From Eledone cirrhosa (taxonomy: Eukaryota): 64,000 nt of DNA. Location: the NCBI GenBank assembly GCA_964016885.1, contig OZ024740.1, forward strand, positions 143,282,001-143,346,000, read 5' to 3'. Below the pieces are notes generated by a model that was given only the letters and a program-made list of their open reading frames with translations, was not told the origin of the DNA and did not search any database. The position numbers were made by a program, and so were the translations under genes. How positions within the stretch are numbered: position 1 is the first letter of the stretch; each line of letters begins with the position of its first letter. Below are positions 37,371 through 49,042 of the stretch, in pieces.

Positions 37371-37536
37371 AAAGATCTGAAACTTACAAACGAATCTGAA
37401 CCTTGTAATAATCAAAGTATTAAATTAAACCCTCCTGATGTAAAGTTAACGCACCAATCAACTACACCTGGGAAAATCAAATGTGATGTCCATCTTGATA
37501 GTCTTTTACACTTTACTGTAAATAAAGAATTTGAAT
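37371..37536 (+). CDS. Ig-like protein coding exon 5 (domain 2 C-half, phase 0-1)
   Basis: Long pyrimidine tract ending ctttctcag, donor T|GTAAGG. KDLKLTNESEPCNNQSIKLNPPDVKLTHQSTTPGKIKCDVHLDSLLHFTVNKEFE. Confidence 0.85.
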
Positions 37537-37990
37537 GTAAGGGCATGATTTTATCATTTTTATAAATAATATTGGAAATTGTTTTCAAATGTTCTTTGTT
37601 TAGATATATTCACTTCTTAGAATCTGCTCCCACCATCACTGTACTCCCCCAATTCCACCCCTTCCACTCATCACCCTGTCAAACCCCAGCACACCTATCT
37701 TATACCCATAACATATTCTCTTCACCTTTTTACTTCCTCACATCACCACTTGAAGCCAGGCATGGAACCTGTCACTCTCCACCTCTTGTCACCTATGATA
37801 TACCTAATATCCTTTTTACATCCTTCATCGTCTCTCCCCAAATAAGTTGAGTGATTGCATAAATGCTGCATCATTGGCTCTAAAGGACTGTAGCATTACT
37901 TCTTCACATGAAGGTAACTTAGACAAACTATAACCACTTGATTTCTTGCAGCTATTAAATAAATAACAATATATTGGCTTTCTTTTGCAG

Positions 37991-38160
37991 GCACTAGCTC
38001 TTCAGTGAAGCCTCTTACTACAATGACAGAGGATATTACTACAATGACACCTTTTACAATATCGTCTATTTCAGGTAATAGTGCAAAATCCTGCATTTCC
38101 AGAATTTGGATGGAACTTATTATTGGGATCATCATTACTGTTATCTGTTTAAGATATTAA
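37991..38160 (+). CDS. Ig-like protein coding exon 6 (Ser/Thr stalk, GPI-type signal, stop)
   Basis: ctttcttttgcag acceptor. CTSSSVKPLTTMTEDITTMTPFTISSISGNSAKSCISRIWMELIIGIIITVICLRY*, TAA at 38158-38160. Confidence 0.8.
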
Positions 38161-38582
38161 AAATTAATAGAAAGAGATAGTATGTATTATCCACTATTTT
38201 TTTGCATGAATTTGATGGGTTTTCACATTTTTTGCATTTTTACTTTCAACTTGCTCCAACAATTTGAGATCAACTCTCACCACTTCAGTCAAAGTCTTCC
38301 TTAGTCTTCTCTTCCACATCTTTCTTCCTTGGATTCTCTTAGTTCTTCTTGACCCAACGATCATTATGCATCAGCATCACATGTCCTTACCAGTGCAATC
38401 TTCTCTCTTGCACATTTGATTCAACTTATGCCCAGTTTTTCACTCAATTCATTTGTGCTTCATCATTCATGCATACTAACATTACACATTCTTAAAGAGC
38501 ATGTTTGATTTGTTTCTCTGCAATCTTCACACATTCTCTGTATTCACTGCCCATGTCTTACTACAATGCTGTATCACACTTA

Positions 38583-39085
38583 AGAGACGTGCAACCAAGC
38601 AAATACCCTCCATCAGGCATCTACCATACTCTGAATGCCTTGCTTCCCTGGGCATGGATACATTGAAGCTCCGACGTCTGGCAATTGACTTGGTAAACAC
38701 CCACAAAATTATTAACCATCTGAGCACCTTTTTGATTTCCTTTTTGTCTAACACACATGGGCATGCCTACAAAGTCAGAAAACAGCACAGCTCCCATGAC
38801 TTTCGGAAAAATTTTTTCATGCTCAGAGTTGCTGAAGCATGGAACAAACTCTGCATCAGTTGTTAGCTGCCGAGACACAACATGCTTTAAAACCTCCATG
38901 CTTCCTGAAATTTGCCAACACTATACTTGATATCCATCCTCCATACACATGCACACATATATATCATGACTCATACACTGTTCACTTTCCTGGCATTTGT
39001 ACATCATTCTATGTACTATAAATGCACCTTTGATGAATCGTAGTGCACCTGAGCACTGTACACAATAAATTCATTATTATTATAT
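38583..39085 (+). mobile_element. CR1/L2-type LINE 3' end
   Basis: LPYSECLASLGMDTLKLRRLAIDLV..THGHAYK..RKNFFMLRVAEAWNKL, 3' UTR and (ATT)n tail. Confidence 0.85.
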
Positions 39086-39091
39086 ATATAT

Positions 39092-39455
39092 AATGAAATT
39101 ATTGTGTGAAGTGCTCAGGTGCACTACAACTCGTCAAAGGTGCATGTATAGTACATAGAATAATACACAAATGTCAGCAAAGTGAATAGTGTATGAGTCA
39201 TGATATACATGTGTGTATGTGTATGGAGGGGGAACATTAGGTGTAGTGTTGGCGAATCTCGGGAAGCATGGAGGCCTTAAAGGATGCAGTGTCTCGACAG
39301 CTAACAACCGATGCAGGTAGTTTGTTCCATGCTTCAGCAACTCTGAGCGTGAAAAAATGTTTTCGAAAGTCATGGGAACTGTACAGTTTTCTGACTTTGT
39401 GGGCATGTCCACGTGTGTTAGACACATGGAAATCAAAAAGGTACTCAGGGTTGTT
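39092..39455 (-). mobile_element. CR1/L2-type LINE 3' end, inverted copy
   Basis: NTRGHAHKVRK..RKHFFTLRVAEAWNKLP on the minus strand, tail-to-tail with 38583-39085. Confidence 0.85.
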
Positions 39456-40189
39456 ATATGCAGGAATCATACAATCTACGCTTCAGATGTAGAGAAAAAC
39501 CCTTGTTATCAACAAATATTTCAGTGTTACCTCTTTTCTCACTATTACCTCAGACGAAGAAGAATCCATCTTTAAAAATTTATAAATAAATTTTTTTTAA
39601 TGAAATAACTATTTAAAAGATCTTTTGTTTTCTCTACGTTAACAGAGCAGAGATCAAGGAATTTCAGTTATTCTTTGTTTGCAAATAATCCAAAAGAAAC
39701 TGTTCTCAAAATAAAACAATGCCAAGGGTGAGACAAAACATGTCTGGTTGACTAAAAAAAATAAGATCATTATCATCATCATTTTATGTCTGCTTTTCAC
39801 GCTGGCATGGATTAGGCAGGTTGTCGTAGTCTGAGACCAGATGGGTCAGAACAATCAATCTTGCTTATTACATTCCATATTTGGTTTGGTTTCTACAGTT
39901 TGATGCTCTTCCCCTTACATGGTGTACTGGGTGCATTTTATCATGGCACCAGTGCTGTCCTCTCAAACCTTATCTTTGTCTCTGTTCAATTGCCAAACAC
40001 TTTTAGTGTCGCAGTGCTTGTGCTGGTGAACAACTCTTTTGTATTATAGCATATCTCCAGTCAGCTTGGTTGTTCATTATCTCCTTAGTGGAGAGTTTTC
40101 CTTGGTCTCCTTCTTCAAGCCCTTGGCACTTTTTCATACAATTCTCCTTTTCCTTGTTCATTGCATTCATCACATGATGCTTAGCCTAG

Positions 40190-41130
40190 TGACCTTTACG
40201 TTGTTTGAAGCACATCTAGAATGCTTCTTCCAAAATGGCTCTCAGCTTCACCGTTGTAGTTTGCATGATATCCTCTCAGCTTTCTAAGCAAGAGCTTTTA
40301 AGTAGCATTTTTATTTTGGGAAACACCAGAAGTCATAAGGAGCTATATCTAGAGAGTAGGGAGCATGATAAATGAGCGAAATGCTTTTCTTGGCCAAGAA
40401 ACCTCAAATCAGCTGTAATTAATTTATCAAGATGTTGTCATGATGCAGTTGCCAGTTTTGTGAAACCTGTAGATCAAAGTGTCCTGCTCCAAGCTGCATT
40501 ATTAATATGTCAGAGGACTTCCTGATACAACTCCTTTGTAACTGTTTGTCCTAGTATGTATTCATGATGTACACTGCCCCAGTAGCCAAAGAAAATAGTC
40601 AGCATCACTTAATTTTGCTTCACACCTGATATGCTTTTTTGGGCCTTGGCAACATTGGCTGCTTCAATTGTGATGACTGAACTTTGGATTCCAGGTTGTA
40701 CCCATATGCTCATATCTCGTCTCTAGTTATCACAATATTCAGGAACTCAAAATCCTTGTTAGCAGTATCCAGCAGGTCCAGTGCAACTTCAAGATGAAGT
40801 TTTGTTGCTCCCGAGAAAGCAACTTGGGCACAAATTTTGCTGCTATTCTGCACATGACCAAATCCTTTCTTAAAATTGCATATGCAGAATTTTTACTGAT
40901 CACAGCCTTCATCACAAATTTCCCACACTGTCAAATGATGATTCTTCATTATCAAGTTCTGCACTTTCTCAATAATAACTGCCTTTCGACCTGTTCTACC
41001 ATTAGTAACCTGCATGTTGAATTTTACAAATTATTTCTGCTTGGATATATTTTGGAGAAAAATTTGATACAAGCTCATTGCTGTTCTGTCAGCATGAACA
41101 AAATTGAAATGGCTCAACAAAAATCATGCA
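40190..41130 (-). mobile_element. Decayed mariner transposase
   Basis: Minus-strand remnants AAKFVPKLL, VITRDE, MLTIFFGYWGSVHHE, GQTVTKELYQEVL, LHHDN and PYSLDIAPYDF (YSPDLAP motif). Confidence 0.8.
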
Positions 41131-41440
41131 GCTCCATTTTGCATGCTTTTGTCTCCCTAACATCACTACTTCTCACAAGAAAAAATAAGTGTGATATGGT
41201 TTTGACAAACATTACATATAGTTTCATAATATTCATACAAATTTTGATAACTCATTTTGTTATTCATTTTTGTTAATTTCAGGTCACTGCAAAGACATAA
41301 GGAATGCTTTTTAAGACATAAGGAATGCTTTTTAAGACTTTTTAAATAACTGTGTTTTAATTACTCTCAATTCTTGAATAATCTGGTATGGGTGTCCCGT
41401 TTACTTGTTCCAGCCATCCGGCTGAGGCGACCGCAGATTA

Positions 41441-41543
41441 TCTATATCTATATACTACTAAAACTCTGTGATTGCTTGCTTGCCTGTAATACATTACAAA
41501 AAAGCTGAAGTGAACGTGACCCAACGGTTCACGGGTGGTCTAG
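41441..41543 (+). mobile_element. Miniature (~100 bp) non-autonomous Helitron
   Basis: A|TCTATATCTATATACT 5' end; 3' hairpin CGTGA-CCCAACGGT-TCACG, then CTAG|T at 41540-41543. Confidence 0.6.
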
Positions 41544-43860
41544 TATAATATAAAAGAGAGATATTTATTAGTTGGTTGAATCACACAAAAACTACACATA
41601 CATCTAAAGAAAGAGAGAGATAGGCCATTATACAGTGAGAGATACAAGTGTTAAATATTCAGAGAGAGAGTGACATCCCACAAAAGTATAGAATCAGCTT
41701 AAACTATAGATGCTTTGATCCATAAGAAGGTTTAACAATATTGCATTAGCTTTTATAAAGTAGTTTTACAGTCTTTGATTTTACAGAACAAAGAAAAATT
41801 GATATTTGAAATTAATCTACCCTCCAGCTTGTATCCATATACTACTTACAGTCTGTACTAACGGAGCAACACTTCAGAAGCAATGGTGCGTTTCAGATGA
41901 CGTCCTTTGGAGCTGAAAAAGATCATACTGACTGGTTATTTCACATTTAAAATCCAAGGCCAATGCTATCATTTAATCAGCAGTTTACTCCTCCATCTAA
42001 TCCATGCTAGCGTGGAAGAACGGACGTAAAACGGTGATGATGATGATGATCTACACATTTTGGTTACTAATTATCATCTGCAGTAGCATTTAATATCCAC
42101 TTTCCATGCTTGTGTTGGTTAGACAGATTGTCACGTTATGAGACAAGACAGGTCAAGTAACCAGGACTGGATTTAGACCATGGGGGTACCCCCTTCCTTA
42201 CACAAAATGCAAAAAACTGACCAATAATACATAAATATAATAGAGATACATACATAGACATTAAATGGAAATATACATAATATATACACAATAGGTAAAT
42301 GTTAAATATTATATATAAATGTAGACATATTAGTGTCAGAGCTGGTACAAAGATTTTCGCATATATGTACTAGAGGTTTTGGCCAAAGCGTATCAAACCA
42401 CCATAATGTGGTTAAATGCATCTATCAATGAAAATCTATCGTTGCCTAAACTAAGTACAGTAAGTTATATCTACATATTCAGAACACTGCTCTCTACATC
42501 CTGTAGGGAGAGAGCACTTAGTATTTTGTGGGTCATAATGATTGTCAGTTAAATCTTTATGAGTGCTAATTTGCTGAATGATCTCTCTCCTGAACTCTTT
42601 ACTATCAAATATATCATAAGAACTATATCAACACTTGGAAAGGTATCAGCAAGCCAATCATAGAGTAACACTGCCTGTTGAGATGGCATGAGACATGACC
42701 TGAAAGTTTTAATCAAGGAATTGAATATATTTTAACCATAAACCCTGTAATTTTGACATGTACTATATTTCTAATCTGAAGAGAATGATGCATTCATCCC
42801 ACAGAAAGATGAGCCTTTGTAATTTAAACTTGTATAAGGAAGAAAAAAGGGAATAAAAAGAAAATTTATTGTATATAAACTTTGTTGCACTTACTGACAT
42901 TACATCATCATCATCATTTTACGTCTGCTTTTCTCTGCTTGCAAGGGTGGGACAGGAACTGATTCTGGCTTGATTTCTACAGCTGGATGCCCTTCCTAAC
43001 ACCAACCTCATTTACAGTGAGTGCTGGGTGCTTTATTGCCGTGGCACCTCCAAGACCACTTTGCAGTGGAATGATATGGACCCCAGTCCCTATCATCTCA
43101 TTTCTACAGCTGAGTAAACTGGAGCAATATGAAATAAAGTGTCTTGCTCAAGGAAACAACACATCACCCAGTCTGAGAATTGAACTCACAACCTTACGAT
43201 TGCAAGGCCAATACTCTAACCATTAAGCCATGTGCCTCCATTACACATGTTTAAATTTTAGAATATAGGCCTTGTTTTGAGCAAAGTATGAGATTTCTAA
43301 AAAAAAACATCCCTAAACTAATAAAAAATGAAAATCTGCAGTTCAAACACAGCATCAAAGTTTCAAATCCTTTTGAGAGATGTCTGGGAGAAATAGAGAC
43401 AGATTTACCACAGTATTTAAGTAGTTTATTCTCACCTCCACTCTAGAAGAGAGATTTTTCAAAGTTCTTTATACGTTCATAGCAGACAGTTCTCCATTTT
43501 CCAGTCAGCAGCTAGGGCTTCAAACGAAGTAAGATATGTTCCCTGATTTAAAATTGTACTTCAGTTTGTCTTTTTATCTGAATAATAGTCTGCTTACATT
43601 ACTTGCACCATTATGAAGTTGACTGTATAACAGTACCTTGGGTGTGCTGTCGTCAATCATACATAGAACATGACCAGCCCATATATATATATATGTGTAT
43701 AATCATTGATATATATGTATACTGAACCTTAAGGACATTAAAGCACATGTATATAGAGTGAGTCTGCAGTGCTGAGACCGGGGAGTCCACTAATCATGAG
43801 AGTGTATATATATATATTTATATTTGAAAAGGGAGTAAGGTTCTATACAAAACAGGTTAT

Positions 43861-44306
43861 AGAGAAAAAGTAGGATTGGAAACAGCACAGGAAATAAATT
43901 TAAAGAATCTGGGTTTTTTTTACTTCTTTGATCCGTCAATTTGAAAAATGAGAACAATTTTAAAAAAAGGAGTTTTATAATGTATATAGAATATGACCGG
44001 TTCCGATGTATTGTAATATTGAATATTACAATTTAAAAGTAAGTGTTGAAGAAGGTCTGTTCATTTTTCTTGTTGGAAAGATGAAGAGACCTTCAAAACT
44101 TAATTTTTAATTGTAATATTCAATATTTGATAAGATGGATTACATAGATACATCGAAACCGGTAATATTTTATATATTCTATATACATTATAAAACTCTT
44201 TTTTAAAAGAATTGTCCCTCTCATTTTTTCAATAATGACGGATCTAAGAAGAAGAAAAAAAACAGATTCTTTAAATATATTTTCCGTGCTTTTTCCAACC
44301 CTACTT

Positions 44307-44315
<9 letters not shown>
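43861..44315. repeat. Diverged ~200-240-bp inverted repeat containing a decayed hammerhead
   Basis: Arms pair around about 44070 (e.g. GAGTTTTATAATGTATATAGAATAT / ATATTCTATATACATTATAAAACTC). AATAT-TTGATAA-GATG..CATC-GAAAC-CG-GTA-ATATT at 44122-44169. Confidence 0.75.

Positions 44316-44388
<73 letters not shown>
44311..44388. repeat. (TC)n microsatellite
   Basis: About 39 perfect TC units. Confidence 0.95.
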
Positions 44389-44392
<4 letters not shown>

Positions 44393-45596
44393 AGACTAAA
44401 GTTCTAGTTTGTAAGAAATAAAATAAGGCGGCGGTCCCTTCCGGGAAGTGGCCATGCTCAGTGTGTGGGAAAGGCGTAGGTAGAAACTCCATTTTGTGTC
44501 CCAAATGCAAAGTATGAGTGCATAAAAGATGTAGTGGGATCACAGGTAAGCTAACTAAGAACATAGATTTTACATGCGGCTGGTGCAATAAGTAGCAGCA
44601 AGTGCCCACAAAATACTAGCTCTTTCAACTGCGCAGAGGGTTCTATAGAAATAGTGGACAGCTTCCGTTACCTGGGTGACAAAATCAGCAGTGGGGGAGG
44701 GTGCTCTGAAAGTACAGTAGCTAGAGTCAGAACTGGATGGAAAAAGTTCACAGAGCTTATACCACTATTAGCCGCTAAAGGGTTCTCCCTAAAAATGAAA
44801 GGCAGGTTGTACGATGCCTGCATACGAACAGCAATGTTGCATGGCAGTGAGACCTGGGCATTGTGTGCAGAGGATATACGCAGACTAGAGAGAAACGAAG
44901 CTTGCATGCTCCGCTGGATGTGTAATAGTAATATACGTGAACGGCAAAGCATAAACGAACTAAGGAAAAAATTAGAAATAAGAGGGATCAAATGTTGTTT
45001 ACTCGAGAGAAGGCTACGTTGGTATGGTCACGTGATGCGCATGAAGGACGATAGCTGTATAACAAAGTGCAGGGCAATAAAGATAGACGGTAGCCACGGA
45101 ATAGGCAGACCCAGAAAAACCTGGGACGAGCTGATAAATTCCGACCTCACACACTTACACCTCACCAAGACAATGTCACTGGACCGAGACCTTTGGCGGT
45201 ACTCAGTAATAGAGAAGACTCGCCTTACCTAAATACAAAGTAAAACCTACTACAGTCAGTAGGCATCTCTAACAAAATACACCCCCACCCCATCCACACC
45301 ACCCCCTTCAATGTAAAGTTATGTTGGTGCCACAACATCCAGGCCGAAACAAATGAGATCGTGTAGTGTCACGTCAAAAAACACACAGTTCACGCTGTAA
45401 TGTGGCCGTGTAGGCAACACGGTAAAAACCTCCCAGCCCCACTGTAAATGTGGTTGGTGTTAGGAAGGGCATCCAGCTGTAGAAAACCCGCCAGATAGTC
45501 CTATGTGAGCAAGATAATCACTCTTGCCTCAAGTGGGAAAACCCCCGTCCAAACCCATGCAAGCGTGGAACACGGACGTTAAACGTTGATGATGAT
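44389..45596 (+). mobile_element. RTE LINE 3' portion with complete tail
   Basis: Cys-rich segment, then SFRYLGD..RVRTGWKKF..MLHGSETW..RRLRWYGHVMR..GRPRKTW; tail GTTAAACGTTGATGATGAT. Confidence 0.92.
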
Positions 45597-46399
45597 ATAT
45601 ATATAATGTGTATGTAGGTACACATTCTTAGTAGACAAGCCAGTATATTATATACACTCAACCTTAAATATCTTGTCGTTTAAGTGAAGTTTTGCTGAAT
45701 TTTTGTGACAACACTGGTGTTATATACATTGTTAAAAACAACTCTTGTATGTCTAAAAGATAAAGTCAAATTATCACAAAAGATACATTCCCTCTAGTAC
45801 AGAGCCATCCGTGTCTGTAAGAGATTACCAGGGGAAAATATTTCTTTCGCTACATGTTGATAAAATTATTAGATTAGAGCACAGAAAAAGATCAAAATTC
45901 ATTTAAAAAATTAGATATATCCATGAGAAAAAAGGAAAGTTTCCTCTAAACAACAAAAATTAAGTATTAAGCTGGCTGTGCTGTATTTGTCACATCCAAG
46001 ATGTTGGCATTAATACAGTTAGCCTTCTCTATGTATGCATAAATCTAATTATTTACTTCTGAGACTTGTTTCTCCTCTTCCTCTCTTTCCGTTGCATTAC
46101 CATCTATGTTTGTTTACATGTCTCACTCGTTTCACCCTATTTTACGTGTCCCAATAACTTTCTTTAGTTATTGCTCGCACCAACCAGAGGTATATGATCT
46201 TTAAAGCGAAGAAATACCAAGTTTGGAAGATCACTGATGAAGGACTAATTTTATTCATATGTAACCCATATGCAACCACGCAGCACGCCATTTTTCATAT
46301 ATATATATATATACATATAACATACATATATATACATACATACAACATAGATACATACATATACATATGTATATATATATATACACACACGCACACACA

Positions 46400-49015
46400 T
46401 ATCATCACCGTTTTACGTTGGTTCTTCCACGCTAGCATGGGTTAGACAGGTTGTCCTGTTGTGAGCAGTGTCTGGTCGGCTGACTTTGTCTTGCTCATAT
46501 GGGAACTGATTCTGGCTTGATTTCTACAGCTGGATGCCCTTCCTAACACCAACCTCATTCACAGTGAGTGCTGGGTGCTTTTTTTTCCATGGCACCTACA
46601 CATCCACTTTACAGTGTGGGCTGGGTGCTTTTTTGCCGTGGCACCTCCACGACCACTTTGCAGTGAGAGGGGGTGGAGGCATATTGTCTATATGCTTCAG
46701 CTTCAGCTTGTACCCATGGGATGTCGGGTCTTCTGTATTATTGCATGATGCCAGAGTTCGCAATTGGGTAAGGTCGGCTTTTATCACCTCATTCCAGATC
46801 TTCTTGTGTCTCCCCACTCCGTGGCTTTCATTGACTTCTAGTGCTCTGCACCTTTTTATGCAGCTGTCATCCTTCATACGCATCACATGTCCATACCAAC
46901 GCAACCTCCTCCTGCACACAGCATTTGATTCCTCTTATGCTCAGTCTCTCTCTCAATTCGTTTATGCATATATTACTATTACACATCCATCGGAGCATGC
47001 AAGCTTCGTTTCTTTTTAATCTACTACGCAAGTCTTCTATAGACAGCGCCCAGGTCTCACTACCATGTAACATTGCTGTTCGTATACACGCATCACACAG
47101 TCTGCCTTTCATTTTGAGGGAAAAGCCTTTTACAGCTAGCAGTGGCAGTAGCTCCCTGAACTTCTTCCATCCCGTTCTTACCCTAGTTATTGTACTTTCC
47201 GAACACCCACCTCTGCTGCTAATTCGGTCACCTAGGTAGCAAAAGCTGTCTACTGTTTCTACAGAGCCCTCCCAGAGTTTGGTGGTGCTTGTTTCCCGTG
47301 GTCGCTTGCTGCTTGCTGTCCCAGCACAGCTGCTACATGTGAAGCCTACATTCTTAGTTAAGCTTCCTGAGATCCCACTACATCTCTTGCGTACCCATTG
47401 TTTGCATTTGGGGCAGAGGATGGAGTTCCTACCTACACCTTTCCTACATACTGAGCAAGGCCATTTCCCTGAGGGGATCTGGGTTCTGTTTTCTCATCTA
47501 CTTACAAGGACCTTAGTCTTTGTTAGGTTGACTTTGAGACCCTTTCTTTCTAGTCCCTGCTTCCATGTTTAGAATTTCTTCTCTAGTTCTACCATAGATT
47601 CAGCTATAAGTGCAAAGTCATCTGCATATAGGAGTTCCCATGGGCATCTGGTCTTAAACTCCTCCGTTATTGCCTGCAAAACTAAAATTAACAGGAGAGG
47701 GCTAAGAACAGAGCCCTGGTGGACACCAACCTGTATGCTAAATTCCTCGCTATAGTCATTGCTAACCGTAACTTTGCTGACTGCTCCCCTTTCACAAGCC
47801 ATTCATCTACTCCTAGTTTTCTAAGAGCCCACCAGATTATAGCAAGGGGGACTCTGTCGAAGGCTTTTTCCAGATCGGCGAATGCCAGGTAGAGCGGCTT
47901 TTAGCTAGGTAGTTTTCCTGTAACTGCCTCACAAGGAAGAGGGCATCAGTGGTGCCTTTTCCTGGCACAAAACCAAATTGCATCTCATTTAGTTTTACCC
48001 AGTCCCTAATCAACTGTGCTATAACTCTTTCTGTTACTGTCATGACCTGGTCCAGCATCTTTATACCTCTATCTAGTGCATCACCTTTACCCTTGTAGCA
48101 GTTGACAATGATGCTGCTACACCAATCCTTTGGTATGACACCCTCTAGTATTACATGGTTAACAATATGTGTGGTTATGGTGTGACCTACCAACCCAGAT
48201 GCCTTCAGCATCTCGGCTGCTATACCCGATGGACCAGTTGCCTTCCCATTCTTCATATCTTTGATTGCCTTACTTACTATGCTGCTGCTGACTTGTACTG
48301 CTGGCCCCTCTATAGGGTCCACTTAGGGTAGGGTCTCTTTTTCCCATGCATTCTCCTCATTTAGTAATCTTTCATAATGGCTCTTCCATGCATCTTTCTT
48401 CTCAGCACTTGTGAGGGCAAGCTCACCTTTATCATTCTAGATACACTTCTCTCCAATGACATCACAATTCTTTCTGACACACTGCCTCGCAATCTTGAAC
48501 ACCTCCTGTTTCTGGTCCTCATGTTGCAAAACATGCTTGAATTTTCTATCTTCTGCTTCCCTTCTAGCTAAGTATACTTGTCGCCTAGCTTTCCTCCTGG
48601 TCTCTATGTAATGTACCCTGCTTCCCCCGTTCTTCCATTCTTTCCATGCCTGTCTCTTGGCCTTAACTGCCTCATCTACCTTATTGTTCCACCACAAAGT
48701 CACTCTCCTCCTCTCTGTGGTCTTGCTCCAACCACAAATCTCATCCATCGCCTTTAGTAAGTTATTTTTTAGGAATTCCCAGTGCTCTACTACATTGAAT
48801 GTCTCTATCTGTTCTTCTTCGAGTAAAATATCTTTTAATCTGTTACTGGCTGAGGGGTCTTTCAGCTTCCAGATCTTTCTTCTCCAGGTTGCCTTCTGTT
48901 TCCAAGTTCGTCTAGTTCTGACAGTGAAGTCGCTGACAACTAAGTTATGTTGGGAAGTACATTCCTCACCAGGGAAGGCTTTTGTGTTTACTACCGTCCA
49001 TTTATCACGTCCTCT
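46400..49015 (-). mobile_element. RTE LINE (end of APE, linker, RT, 3' tail), frameshifted
   Basis: WWNNKVDEAVKAKRQAWKEW, KATGPSGIAAEML, QFGFVPGKGTTDA, LLYADD, RRLRWYGH; (CAT) tail at about 46400. Confidence 0.92.
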
Positions 49016-49042
49016 CTCTCTCTATATATATATATATATATG

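Noticed and set aside
40794-41276. 160-aa + strand ORF
   Set aside because: Mostly antisense to the decayed mariner transposase, with no recognisable protein features.
46234-46240. CTGATGA hammerhead half-core (also at 30135-30141)
   Set aside because: No matching stem II, GAAA or GUH downstream.
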